A stretch of DNA of 61,878 bases, filler included, from Circinaria calcarea (GCA_051942165.1; 13 parts of 13 records of this genome joined end to end with filler, not necessarily neighbours in it), one strand, 5' to 3'; numbered from the whole stretch's first letter, positions 1 through 12,879 are shown. Made by a program: numbers and translations. Notes: generated by a model not told the origin, from the sequence alone.

Positions 1-2218
1 CGAGTAATTGACATGTAACTCGATATAGCGCCAATGACAATCAGGATTAGGAGAGCAATGGTCAGGAACCCTTGTATAACGATGATGATAACACCGATAG
101 CCGTGGCAATGATTCGAGGGAGATTGAAGCGATGGTCAAAAGCAGCACTGAGGGCGAGCGTAGCAACCTTGGAGAATCCAAGCATGTACACCATGAGCGC
201 GTTGAGGCGGGCACCCTCAAATGGTTTCATCATAACGATCGTTACAAGGGCAATGAATTCGACGACAAGAAGGCCGAACACTTGAACGAGAGGCTCTCCC
301 GCAGCTCCGCCATAGAAGCAAGCACGTACAAATTCGTAAACTAGCCAAGCTGTGAAGAACCACCATCGTGTTCGCCGAAAGCGGGCAGACAGCCAGCCAA
401 ACTTCTTGGTAAAGTCCTCGTCTTGATGTACTTCCATGTATTGGGGTTCATCGGCTGTATGCGTGATCTTCCACCATGGCAGCGAGCCAATTGAGGGCTT
501 CGGGTCAGACTTTTCGGACCTGTTGCTTTCACGGGTAAAGCCGTACCATGGAACCAATCCGAATGCCTTAGTCCGTTCTAGATAGACTCGATCATGGGTT
601 TTAGCATACCGCCCACCTCGCATACGATAGTAACAGGCATATGCTGCAATGCCAAGCAGCCCGATGAAGTAGATGATGAAGACGATTGCAGCGATAGCGG
701 TAACCCCTGCAGATCCTTTGTAGGTGAACTGGAATAGTGTCAAGAAGACCATCATGAAGAAGCCGATGAACAATGTCCGTAGGATAGCCACTGCGGTGAA
801 GCCTAGCCAGTGCGTTCTGAAGAACGTCAGACGGTCCTGCTTCAATACCTTAATCACGCTTAAGCCTTCCAGAACGCCTTTGAAGAGAACGACCGACGCA
901 GCAATGAGGGTAATCAGAATCAGGAACCATAGAAATCCGGTCATGAATGCATTGGAGGCTGGAATGTTCTCCTCCGCAAGAGTACCAGCAAATCCAGAAT
1001 AATTACCAGGAAGAGGTAAGCCTAGTCCAACGGGAACTCCATACCATGAGTATCCGGTAGTGGAATTGGCCAGGGCTCGTTTGACAAGTGAATATCCCGT
1101 GCTGCTAGCTTGCAGGTCACGACCAAAGAGGCCTGCGAGTCCCCTTTTGTAGATTTCAGAAATCAGATATCCACCTCCAACATTGTCCGAAGAGGACCCG
1201 GAACCAGCTGCTCCTACAGAGCTAGTATTACCTTGGTTATCACCAATGAGCTGATTGATGCTCGCCTGCATTTTTCCGCTGTATATCATACCAGCACTCC
1301 ACGCGAAGTTACTCCAGAAGGCAGGTAGAACCCTCGGCCAGTTCATCGACAGCGCTCCGGTGTAGAAGATATGCTGGAAGACAGAAAAAACCACCCAAAT
1401 GGACAAGGAATGCGCGTAATGTATACGCGTCGTCGGAATGTGGTCGCCATGGATTGCCGTAGCAAAGGATGCTATCAAAGCGACGAAGGTAAAGATGCCC
1501 AGGACAGAACCAACGGCTGCTGGCTGCGAGAAGGTATGTCCATTGCTCACCACCGCAGAGTAACAGCCAATCTCCGACTGTGTCGCATTGGAAAAGAGTC
1601 GAAGAATGGCTTGGCCCTCAAAATCCGGAATAGTAAATGCAATATTGGGGATTCCAGCTACATCGGACGGGGAAACAGGTATGACCCCACTGGCCTCGAT
1701 AGGTACGCTAGCGTTCGTGGGACAGAGACTACGAGTTGTCAGCTATGACTTATAGTAACGTGTCCGGGTCCCTCTCACCTGTAGATGTTGGCACTGCATG
1801 GATTGAAGGTAAGGTCAAACCGGCTTTCACCATAGGCGAAGACACCAATGTACACTGAGATCAATTAGCAGCAGCCCACTGAATGATCCATCTCTGACCT
1901 ACTCATCAAGCTCTCGTTGGTCAATGCTGTACTACCCTCCATGTGAAAGGTCACGGTCATGTTGTCCACGTAGTAAGCTGCATCAAAGCGGGTGACATTC
2001 AGCAGCGAATCTCCCAAACAATCGCCAAAATTTTGCGTATAGAGGGCCGGCTGTCTATCATTATCCAGGTAGACGATATTTCCATCCGCATCACTGGCTG
2101 TGATGTAGGTAGCATTTTGGGCGAGGACAGTTTGTGTGAAGCTGAGGATGGACACCAGAGAAAGCACGACGCCAAAGATGGATACCTTGCCGAAGCCAAG
2201 CCGTACCGACCCCATCAT
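1..2218 (-). CDS. TRP-like channel / flavin carrier family (calcium-related 'spray'-type protein), 3' end cut at window start
   Basis: Signal peptide, then DRQPALYTQNFGDCLG..NVTRFDAAYY. Two short GT-AG introns (~1856-1902, ~1731-1779) splice to MYIGVFAYGESRFDLTFNPCSANIYSLCP..IPDFEGQAILRLF..FYTGALSMNWP..FWSNFAWSAGMI, then hydrophobic helices (TRP_N + TRP architecture). Confidence 0.88.
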
Positions 2219-2818
2219 TGGAGAATTGTGGTGGTATATTCAATGATTGAAGGTCGAATAGGAGTTTAGTTTGGATTTCGGGGCGAGGCGATAGTTCGGC
2301 AGTGCAGTTCTGATCAATGTGACCGTCTTTGGTCTATTGGCAAAGGCAGCGATTGACGATTGCCGTGCCGTTGAGCAGGGACAACGATCCTCCGCTGTAG
2401 AAGCTGGTAAATACTGCAGTATCCTCGTCCGCTGTAGGGATATGTGTTTGCCCGTTCACTGCCGTGAGCGTCTGAGAGTGGTGGTCAACAATAACTGGAT
2501 GACTGTACAGTGCTCTCTTTAGTAACGAACGGCTGATTCATCCTTCCCTACCTCTGCCTGACTCTGATTCCCGTTCAGCGAGTGAGTGATGGCACAGAGC
2601 TGTGGCAGCGTGAATGTACAGATGAGCGTACAGTAACGACGGTGGTGGTGGTGGTGGTAAAGAGGGCAAGGTAGAGGTGCAGTCTGACGCGGACACAAAG
2701 GGCATCGAGGGCGCTTACCCTTTTAAGCCGGGAAGCCTTACCGGAAGCACCCAGCCATCTCGACGCCAATCTCACCTCAGATAGTGACTGTTTATTCTAA
2801 CGTTTCTCTCTACGCATT

Positions 2819-2858
2819 CCACTGACTGGTCCACTGACTGGTCCACTGACCGGTCCAC
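2819..2858. repeat. 12-bp tandem repeat (CCACTGACTGGT) x ~3.3
   Basis: ccactgactggt ccactgactggt ccactgaccggt ccac, read directly. Confidence 0.9.
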
Positions 2859-4265
2859 GTCTCGCTACGTAAGCTTACGTGGGTGTCAGTTCTGCTTACG
2901 TCTGACCTGTTCCAAGTAAGACTTTCGAGCCATAATGACTCGGCCCAAGACTAACCCAGTCTCTCCCGTGGTTGCTATTCAATCACGACATCTGCAGGTT
3001 AGGCTCGACACGTGCAACCAAAGACCCTCACTACGGTCTTCAAAAGCGGATGCTAAGGTAGCATCATCCTCCATTCATCGATTGAGATTCTCGTAGGCAT
3101 ACCGTAGTATTGTACCTAATACATGCCGGGAAGCTCGGGTACTTGGGTAAAAATAAAGTGAGCCAAGCTTCCGGCATGCATGAAAGCTGATTCGTTATGC
3201 TTTCTTCCCGAAAAATCTCTCGCTATTAATTGGTTGCTAAAGGATAGCCGCAGCCGCCAGAAACAAGCCCGATTTTTGACAATACTACACTACGGCCCGT
3301 TTTGTGGTGGAATCCAAAACGTTTGCCCTTTCTCGGCCAGTCGTTGCATTGTTCAACCGAGCACGTGCATGGTAGGACTTGTTGGGATTAACTTGATGAT
3401 TCCTAAACCTGAGTTAGTGACCTACCCTTGGAACTTTTACTAAGTCCGCTTGTGGGTGTGGGAAGCAGACCATCGTCTGGACTATATGATGCTACGAATA
3501 AAATCTTGCGTGCTCACAAGTCGCCATGTACAAGTAATGCCTCCTCTCGTGGCAGTTTTCAAGTGCGCTTCTTCCAGGACCGCGTATACCCATTGTACAG
3601 CTATATGGATAATGTACGGAAGTCTTCCATTTCCCATACCTCCTTGGATCCCGTCCATGATTGGAGCAGAATCAGACTGTGGTTCCTGAGGAAGGAAATT
3701 TGTCTATCCATCTACCGTTTGAACTGTTACAAAGACGTCTCCGGATCTTGCGAGAGGTGAACCTGGTATTTCCTGTTCAACTCTTGGCTCAGCCTTGGTC
3801 GCTATGGTAGTGCTAATCGCACTTCATTGAAAAAGTCTGTAAACCGCAAGCTAACAAGTCCAATGATTATCTCTTGGTTGTAGTAGGTGATTCCCGACAA
3901 ACGCACTATCTTTGACCGAAAACAAAAGTCCCAATCGCATCGAATGATCCACATGAAATTGAGTAATAAAACATGAGCATCACCTTCTACTCCTGCTTAG
4001 GAGGCAATGAGAACAAAAAAGCAGTGTATTTTCCAGACTTCATTGGTAATAGAGGTCTCCTCTCCTATACGTCTTCGGTTGACCGCGCAAATCACATCAA
4101 TTGTGGGGATTCCTGATTCTAGCCGAGGTAGAATAGACAATAACAAATTATTAGGAACGATCAAAAGTAAAGGTGGAATAGCTAGGCACAGAATCAAGAA
4201 GCCCTGAACCTCTCCGTTCCTGTATCCTGCCAATCACACGTACATACTCGAGCAAATCCTCAAAG

Positions 4266-4691
4266 ATGCTACACGAGAATCAGCCTCACCCAGATGCTCC
4301 AGGTGGGGGGAAAATGTATGGCGCATTTCAAACGGATATCTACGCCCGAGGCATGTCCAGAAACATACTGCCCTCAGTGACTACGGATCCAAACAAGCTC
4401 GAGGGCCAAGCCAAAACTCACCTGGGGGTGCGAAGTTTCAATTATGTATCTGGTGGCGCTGGCGAGAGGGCCACCATGGACGCCAACAGGTTGGCTTTCA
4501 GGCAATGGAAGGTATTCCAGACGCCGTTGCTTCAACCTTGAGACTGCCAGAGTCAAGACCTCAACCTGCTAACCTTGATGCTAAGATGATTCCTCGTATG
4601 CTACGGCCAACGACTCACCGAGACTTGACGGTGGAGATCTTCGGCGAGAAGCACGAGACACCTATCTTCGTTGCTCCAGTAGGCGTCCAGA
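4266..4691 (+). CDS. FMN-dependent alpha-hydroxy acid dehydrogenase / lactate 2-monooxygenase-like, 5' fragment
   Basis: LPSVTTDPNKLE..FNYVSGGAGERATMDANRLAFRQWK, intron (gtattc...ctaac...aag), then MIPRMLRPTTHRDLTVEIFG..PIFVAPVGVQ; runs into the linker. Confidence 0.9.
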
Positions 4692-4791
4692 NNNNNNNNN
4701 NNNNNNNNNNNNNNNNNNNNNNNNNNNNNNNNNNNTTAATTAATTAANNNNNNNNNNNNNNNNNNNNNNNNNNNNNNNNNNNNNNNNNNNN
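4692..4791. other. Artificial contig linker (44N-TTAATTAATTAA-44N); identical linkers at 9476, 14254, 19027, 23799, 28567, 33331, 38092, 42851, 47610, 52367, 57123
   Basis: Twelve identical 100-bp spacers carrying a six-frame stop 12-mer. Confidence 0.99.
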
Positions 4792-6677
4792 TACGGAATC
4801 GGCGACATCTGGAAAGGGCAATACACAGCTCCGGCTGCCTGCGCGAGGAACAACGGTCTTTCAAGGGCCAATTGTATGAAAGTGTAGCGCAGAGACTGGA
4901 ACAAGAGCGCGCAGAGCAACGCAGGTTTGCTAAGGAACGAGGGGAGAGCAGCGGCGGTCGTACCGCTGCTACAACCTTTGGTGTGCCACTTTGGCGGACT
5001 CCGGCGTATACCCGCTAAATCTCAATAGTGTTTGTCGCTACGGCTTTGACGTGCTACTACTTTGGAACATTGAACCCAAGCGCCCCTTCGACTGCCTCTA
5101 CTACGCCTCTCTCCATGATAGAACCCCCTCAACACAATACATCCCCTTCGAATCTGCAAGCAGCCTGGTCGGACTTTGTTGCAATCGTCGGTGAGGAAAA
5201 TGTATCCACTCAAGAAGCGGATTTAATAGGGCATTCCGGCTCTGAATGGTCATCTTACAGTGCCAAGGACACCGAACGCCCTTTCCTCATCGTACTTCCT
5301 TCAACCACGGAGGAAGTCAGCAAAATCATAAAGGTCTGCCACGATAGAAGGATACCGGTGACAGGATATTCAGGAGGTACGAGCCTGGAAGGACATTTCT
5401 CAGCTACGAGGGGGGGTATATGTATCGACTTTGGCCGCATGGATAAGATTCTTCGTTTGCACAAGGATGACTTGGACGTGGTAGTCCAGCCTGCATTGGG
5501 CTGGGAGTTATTGAATGTAGAGCTGGCACGGGACGGCCTCTTCTTCCCTCCTGACCCTGGACCTGGGGCGATGATCGGGGGAATGGTAGGTACGGGTTGC
5601 TCGGGTACAAATGCCTATCGATATGGGACTATGCGAGACTGGGTTCTGAGCTTAACCGTTGTATTGGCAGATGGGACGGTCATCAAGACGCGGCAACGGC
5701 CAAGAAAAAGTAGCGCAGGGTATGATCTTACGCGAATGTTCATTGGAAGCGAGGGGACGTTGGGGTTGGTTACAGAAGCAACTTTGAAGGTAACCGTGAA
5801 GCCGAAAAGCGAGAGTGTTGCCGTTGCTAGCTTTCCTACTGTAAGACATGCAGCCGAATGCGTAGCAAGGGTTGTTGGCGAAGGTGTTCCGATAGCAGCT
5901 ATTGAAGTCTTGGATGATGTGCAGATGCGCTGCATCAACGAGAGCGGATCGACTTCGAGGACATGGAAGGAGGCGCCTACTCTCTTTTTCAAATTCAGCG
6001 GTACCCCTTCTGGCGTAAAGGAGCAGATCGGAATCGTTCAGAAAATGGCCAAGTCAAAAGGTAGTATGGGTTTTGATTTTGCCAGAAACGCTGATGAAGC
6101 AAAGGAACTGTGGAGCGCGAGAAAAGAAGCTCTATGGAGCGTGATGGCCAAGAGAAGGGATGAAAGCGATCACGTATGGACAACGGATGTAGCTGTACCG
6201 ATCAGCAGACTACCAGATATAATTGAGGAAACCAAGGAGGACATCAGCAAGAGTGGACTACTAGGCTCTATAGTCGGACATGTTGGCGATGGCAATTTCC
6301 ACAGTGAGTTCTATCCAAGTCAGCTTTCCGAGTACGATGCTTAAGCTTGATAGCAATACTGCTATTCAATGATAAAGAGCGTAAAATCGCAGAGGACCTA
6401 GTACATCGAATGGTCAAGCGGGCGGTGGAAATGGAGGGAACGGTTACTGGTGAGCACGGAGTGGGTATCGTCAAGAGGGACTACCTCAATCACGAATTGG
6501 GGGAGACAACGGTCGATGCAATGAGAAAGGTACGTGATGGGATAGTCGAGATAATCTCGAGTCAGTGCTAAAGTCCCTGTGCAGCTGAAGCTTGCCTTCG
6601 ACCCATTGTGTTTGTTCAATTGCGATAAAATTGTAAGAGTACATCACCCTCGACCAGGCGAAGTCCAGGCATGGTAG
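4792..6677 (+). CDS. DLD1: Mitochondrial D-lactate dehydrogenase (cytochrome), FAD-linked oxidase; start lost at contig edge
   Basis: RSFKGQLYESVAQRL.., intron 4981-5028, GGTSLEGH, FPPDPGPGAMIGGM, RPRKSSAGYDLT, GSEGTLG, GHVGDGNFH, TVTGEHGVG; further introns near 6305 and 6530; stop TAG 6675-6677. Confidence 0.93.
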
Positions 6678-7183
6678 GCTTATATCTTGCTCTGGCCCGC
6701 AACCTCTCCCTTTGTGCGGACTCCCACTGGCGAATTATGATTTTTCCGGTGGATAAGGTTAAGCAGTTGATCATTACTCGGGTCCTAAACTTGGTAACTC
6801 AACACTCGAGTGGCACATTACCTTTCGCTTCCGCCCTGCATAAAACCTTGTATCCCATTATTCTCCTACTTCGACATCAACTGTCACACTAAATACGGTT
6901 GATATCAAGTAACACTGAAAGGGAGTCGATCTCACTGTTTGGCCTGTCTCTATGTTAGAGGAATATCTGAAAACCCCTAACCAAGACCATACTCCCAGAA
7001 CGTGGACAACAAGAAAGCCTGTTGAATTTCCGTATCGGATAGTTGAAGCTTTCCTTTGCAGACTGGCCCATCTGCCTAACAAAACATTACCCATATCACC
7101 CACACCTCAAGACTTCGCCAACAGCTCGTGCACCTTGCTTTGAGTGCTGACTTAGAACGTATCCGTCAATATACTACATAGCG

Positions 7184-9475
7184 ATGGCGGACACTCAAGT
7201 CAAGTCTCAACACTCATCATTGGATTCCACCTTCCCTGTGCTTGTACCTGAAGATCGATCGCTTTTCTTCACGCACGCGGATTTTGAGAAGCATGTTCAT
7301 GGCTTGTTGAAAAAGAAGCCCATATCAAAACCGCTACGAGTGAAGCGGAAGAGGCTTTCGAAAGGATGGACACTGAGAGCTCCACCACCGACACCTTCGC
7401 TATCATATCGGATGCTCAGGAGCCAATGGACGTCGAGCGACCTGACGAAGCTAAGATGGTCAGTGGAGATAGTTCCGAAGTCCACGCGACAGGTAGCCCG
7501 TTCATGGGGGCACTAAAAGGTGCGCAATCTATCACATCTGCGGAAGTAGAGAGGACCGAGGATCTATCAGTGGTGAGCAAGCTGTTACGGAGAATAGAGG
7601 CATAGCACATCGGTCAAAGTAATTCGGCTCTGCTTGACATGTTTGGCGAGCTCGATAAGACAATCTCTGGGCCACGGCTGAGGGAGCTCCTCGAATTCGT
7701 ATGGGCGGAGGGCTCCCTGCCTATCTCGAAAATAATCTGGAATGCACGGAGCATACATATTGGGAAGGGCGATACGGAAACCTTCTATCCCTGTCTCGAA
7801 TGGCTGAGAGTTACACATCCCGAGACCATCCTTACCAATCTGCCATGGGTGTTTCGGAGCACGATCGAGAAGAAATTGAGCAAAGTGGCCGAGGGAGCTC
7901 CTATTATTGTGAGAATTGCTACTGCACAATCAGAGGGTCAATATGATGTCTTGCACGGGGTTTTCCATGGGTATTCGAAGGATTTCCTTAATATACTCGT
8001 TCTGGCCGTGAACGGGAAGCTTGATATACTCGAGGACCCGCGGTCAGTTCTAATAAAAAAAAGAAAGGACCAAAACAGGCAGAGTCATGTTCGTGCTAGT
8101 CGTCGCCATGCGTCCTATCCTACCCTCTTTCGCAGGAGCACTCATTTGCGATGGACTACGCACGTACGATGAACCACTCGGCCGGTGGTCCCCCTACAAA
8201 GTTCCCGATGTTGAGGAGAAAACGAGACATTAGCGGCTCAAGGGGGCAAATAAGTACGTCGCCCGACAGTTGCACGAGGCGGAAGAGAATAAACACCAGA
8301 ATGAGGCCTCCCGACACGATAAGGCAATAAAGCTGTGGGAGGATCCTTTTTATCGTGCCCTCCATCTTACTCTGGCACGGCTTTTTAGAGCAACTAAGGA
8401 TTGACATGGACTCATTGGAATCGGGCAAACGGCAGGATCTCAACGCCATCTCATTTGCGGCTAAGTGGGCTCCCAGTCTGGAAGGCTTTCAGGGCAAACA
8501 TACCTTAGTTGCATCGTCAATTGCGGAAGTCCTCTACCCTAGAGAAGCCATAGGAAGGCAAATGACACTAGGGAATCCTACATTCGACGTGCGCTTGAAT
8601 CCCACCGACGGCTAACTTTGTCTCCCCTTCGAAGGGCACTAGAGATGGTTGAGCGTGAGATCAGTGCAAAGACTTTCTAGAATATAAACTATGCCAAAGT
8701 GCCATGGATCGCTATGGACAATTACAAGGACCTCTTTATCCGCCGAGATCTCAACCGCTTCAATCAGTCTATCGAGATGGTAGCAGAAGGCAAGAGCCGT
8801 ATTTCTGGTGCTGTATTGATGCCTGCAATACTGGTTCACCAAGCACGTTCCTCTCCAGCCAGGAAGAACGGCCCTTTTCAGGCAAAAATGCAGCTAAGCG
8901 TCTGTTGGATACCAAGATAGCGCGAATTCAAAGCAAGGTTCTGGACGGTCAATAGGCATCACTCGTCAAACGTGTGAAGGAGAACGGCACATTGTCAAGT
9001 TTCATCGCAGTCTGCGACGTCAGCGGGTCGATATGCGGACCAAACGTTCCAAGACAAAACCCGACCTCTAGACACCGCCATCGGACTTTCATTTCTGGTG
9101 GCTGAGGTTAGCCGAACCTCCTTTCGGTGGCCACTTTATCGGATTTAACGCCTTCCCTGCCCTCTATACTGTTGGGCGACCCTGCCGACCAACGATCCTT
9201 TCAGGGAAAAGATTCGGCGCGTTGAGAGTAGTGCTTGGGGATATGAAAACCAATACCAACTTCACCGCCCGTACTCGAAGACCTGTTGCTGCCCATACCC
9301 CCGGGCAACCGTATTAGTGGGCAGGTACAGTCAGGCGATGATGAAGATGTTTCTGGAGAATGGGCAGTTTGATGAGAAGGAGGAGGAGGAGGATGAGGAC
9401 GGGGACGAGGACGAGGACGAGGACGAGGAGGAGGAGATGATCGAGGTGGTGGGGCGAAGGGGCTGGGGGATGAAG
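7184..9475 (+). pseudogene. DUF2828-family (C-terminal vWA-like) pseudogene
   Basis: Family motifs are spread over different frames: TENRGIAHRS..ALLDMF, KIIWNARSIHIGKGD..FY, HGYSKDFLNIL, FYRALHLTLARLF, AAKWAPS, LSPLRRAL, ISGAVLMP, VLDGQ*(TAG 8953-8955), IAVCDVSGS; several frameshifts. Confidence 0.8.
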
Positions 9476-9575
9476 NNNNNNNNNNNNNNNNNNNNNNNNN
9501 NNNNNNNNNNNNNNNNNNNTTAATTAATTAANNNNNNNNNNNNNNNNNNNNNNNNNNNNNNNNNNNNNNNNNNNN

Positions 9576-9917
9576 TTTGCGGAGAGCGACAATGGGGGAG
9601 GAGTAGCCTGCCACCTTTGTCGTAGGGGAGCTGACAGCTCCAAAGAGAGCGCCGTCACATTCTTTGCGTAGTGTCTCAACCGTTTTATCCGGAAGAGCAG
9701 TCCCTGTCTGCTGAAAAGTTTCAAATCCAGCGGGTAGGTTGACGAATGAGAACCTGAGGTTGAAGGAGCTGGAAAGAGCTTCGAGTACTCGACGGCCTGC
9801 CTGTGTGAATAAGACGACTGACTTGGATACAGCAGTTGAGCAATGACTAACCGGGATGACCTCTCGCCCAATACCGTCACCGGGCAGAAGGCCAATTCGT
9901 AAAGATCGTGAAGCCAT
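9576..9917 (-). CDS. LYS12: Homoisocitrate dehydrogenase, 5' fragment
   Basis: [22 protein letters not shown], in-frame intron, [61 protein letters not shown]. Confidence 0.92.
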
Positions 9918-10624
9918 ATGAGTAACTGAATGAATCAGTTAAACTGGGGAAATGTGGAGGAGAAAAGTCGGGAAGGTTTCTGGCAGTGGGAAGCACAGAC
10001 CATGTCAGCCGGAGAATGAAAAGCTCCCACATTTCAGCGCCTCTGGAGCTGATGATCACACCACATTCTCGTGGTCATCGACGAGTATGAACATTCAAGG
10101 TACCTTTTGCAACATTCCGTGTTCTACTTAGACCCCAGGGCGAGGGCAAGACTCGCGAGCTTATAAATCGCATTCTCAGCGGGCGTGTATTAAAACTTGA
10201 TCTCGTGCTAGACTTGGACCAGGTCCATCTTCAGTCTGGGAGAGGAGGGCTTTGACGATGCTCAAAGGAGTCAATACTGTACAGCTCGATCCATACCAAC
10301 TTTCTAAAGCCTCTAAAGCCTCAAGGCGACGGTGTTGCTAACCACAGCCTCTTTAATGGTATTGTCGTCCGTCCAAGATGCCATGTTCGAATAGCCTCTA
10401 CGCCTTCTTAGGCAAACAAGGTGGACAGATCTTACGGCTGTCAGTAATCTTCTGCTACTTGGAGACTATATCAAGCCCTAGGGTTATGGCTCCAGCGTCA
10501 ATTACACAATATGCCTAATAGGTTACCAAGTCTTTTCAACAGGCCAGCCATTATGCTTTTCGTTTGTTATCTATTCAATATACCTTTGGATCCACGTATA
10601 TTTTAATATCCGCCAAGCTGTCAG

Positions 10625-10633
10625 ATGAGTCAT
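10625..10633. promoter_or_regulatory. Perfect Gcn4/CpcA site ATGAGTCAT ~710 bp upstream of LYS12
   Basis: Exact match to ATGA(C/G)TCAT; amino-acid biosynthesis genes are typical cross-pathway-control targets. Confidence 0.35.
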
Positions 10634-11673
10634 GCGAAGCTCCTTGGGTTGAATACGATGCTGTCAAGACATCAACGGGTTTCCCTTCTCGGTATTCACT
10701 ATGTTTGGTTGCATAGGAGCTTCTCAAGGTACTAGAACTCGACAAAAACGGATTTACGCGACTGAGCCTAGGTTCATGAAAGGTTCTGTTAATCTCTTCT
10801 CTTCCTCCACCTCAAGCGTCGCTTGATCTTCGATCTCTTGAGCCTTTCTCTGAGAATAGCCATCCTATGATAGGTCACCCTTTCTTCAATGTTCAAACAA
10901 TCCAGGGTGACATGATAGGCCACTAACTCGATATAGACTACTTACTTTCACTCAAGATGGCAGGTCAATCGTCGGTATCTGACTCGTATACGGATATTTA
11001 GGCTGACGTTCATATCTTAAAGGTTCCGGCTACACAGGAGTGTAATGGTATCATGACAAAGTCAATACAGAAAATTCAATACGGAAATTCGAAAAAGGAG
11101 CAGAGAGCCCGCTCGAACGAAGAGTGTTCACATTTCCGCTCACTCAATCGTCTATAATGGTGTATCAAGCAGGAATACCGTCAAACACCGTTGTTCGATT
11201 GCATATCACTTGAACACCTGTTATGCGTACTAAATCTTCGGATCTGAAACACAGTCTCTATCCCTACAGAGGGTTCGTTTAGATCTCTTTTCGCGATTCT
11301 TACACTAGGTTTCTCCGAATTTTCTGCCGATCTAGACAGATAACGAGTAACTCTGGGCTTCAGTGGGAAAGTGGCTCTCAGTCTTCAACCTTGAAACGCA
11401 TATGCTAACGTTATTTTATTTGCGATTGGCGGCGCCGAAAATTGTGAAACATCCTGGTCAACATGTGCGAAACGAGAATGGTAGCAACTCATCAGCTTAT
11501 GTATCAAATCAACGATATATCCAGGGACCGCGGCTCTGGGAGCACATTAATATAACCGCTTTCCCACCAGCGAGCTTGGAGCTACCTACCTCCCCCCATC
11601 CCCCCATTTTTTGCATGGATAACTTTTCGTCATTTTTACTTTTGAAAAAAACCTCGAGAAGCTAGTATCTATT

Positions 11674-12249
11674 ATGCTCCCCCGTCATACCATCATTCTC
11701 TCCGTCTGTTCCCTCCTTACCCTTGTCTACACCCTCCCTTCTACCCCGCTCCCTCCTTCTCCCCTCTCCAAACGCTTCCGCACCCTCCAATGCCACACCG
11801 TCAAACCCGGCTCCACCCCTATGCGCCCCAAAGTCCCCGACTGCATCCAAGCCATTCGCCTCGTCACCGCGTGCAGCGATAAATCCCACGCCCCCATGCA
11901 ATTCTCCTCCACCACCAACGGCTTCACGGTCCCGCACGCGTGGCGCTACCACACGTGTGAAGTGGTCATCAAAGCCGTCGATCTGACCAGGCACCTCGAC
12001 GATACGTTTACGCTGTACCACGTGGCGGATCGAGCCCGGGACGTGGTGGGCGTGTGCATCAACAGTCAGGTGTTTAGGTTCGGGGGCCGAGCGACCGTGG
12101 GGCCCCAGGATGCCTTTTGGGTCAGTGTCGAGAGCACGCAGGACAGTCCCGAGTCGACGCCGCGGCCGATGAGATTGCGGCCCGAGCAGTGCTTTTGGAG
12201 TCAGTCGCGAGGGGGAGGCATACGCCCGGGGGGTTTTAATAGGATGTGA
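11674..12249 (+). CDS. Small secreted cysteine-containing protein (signal peptide + Kex2 propeptide), effector-like
   Basis: Intronless 191-aa ORF with strong GC3 bias; hydrophobic N-terminus (IILSVCSLLTLVYT|LP), LSKR dibasic site, mature pattern C..DC..P..W...C..C..GG...VG. Confidence 0.8.
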   Translation: MLPRHTIILSVCSLLTLVYTLPSTPLPPSPLSKRFRTLQCHTVKPGSTPMRPKVPDCIQAIRLVTACSDKSHAPMQFSSTTNGFTVPHAWRYHTCEVVIKAVDLTRHLDDTFTLYHVADRARDVVGVCINSQVFRFGGRATVGPQDAFWVSVESTQDSPESTPRPMRLRPEQCFWSQSRGGGIRPGGFNRM

Positions 12250-12879
12250 CAGTTATTCAAATAGATTGCCACTACTATCATATTCACAGTTTGAAATCTC
12301 AAAAGAAGTTGTATCTTTCATTGCTCATCGGTCCTGCCCAATCATGGGCCGATTGAACGCAGCACTCTTTCAAAAAACTATGCTACCGTGAAAATCCTGT
12401 ATACAGAGGGTATCTAACACCACTGAGAGATCTAGAGCCAACGCCCGTTCGAAGGGTTCTTGCTTTTTTTTATATCTCCTGCATGCGTAAATAACTTTTC
12501 GGGGGTGAGCCTGCGGGTCATTTGCATGAGGGGCATACTCGCGTGCAGCAGCACCTTGGCTGACATTGCAGCTGCCCTGGTCTCTTGCTTGTCGTATGGC
12601 CCACAGGGACTGTCTCCCGGGTTTGGCTTTTCCGTCCTGAAAGGTAGGGGTATGTATAGGAATGAAATTTGATTAGACACCTTATGCTTATTCGAGTTTT
12701 CTTTTAACATTAATCTGAGAATCTTTTTATTCCTAAGATAGGGCATTGGGATTATCCTTTTCGTTTTATACGTATATGTATGTCCATGAACATTTCCGGC
12801 CTGAAATACCGAAAAAGAAAAGGTGTACCAAGGCTACATAGAAGTCCAGCAGAGACGGGAAAGATACCAGACTATTTCG

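Noticed and set aside
4736..4747. TTAATTAATTAA recurring every ~4.77 kb as a periodic biological repeat or CRISPR-like array
   Set aside because: It is always centred in exactly 88 Ns; this is an artificial six-frame-stop linker.
4266..6677. Lactate-utilisation cluster (FMN lactate oxidase next to D-lactate dehydrogenase)
   Set aside because: The two genes are on different contigs separated by a linker, so the adjacency comes from length sorting.
10160..10855. Minus-strand frame that looked like a RIP-damaged gene
   Set aside because: About 10 stops in ~230 codons is what random sequence gives, and there is no recognisable motif.
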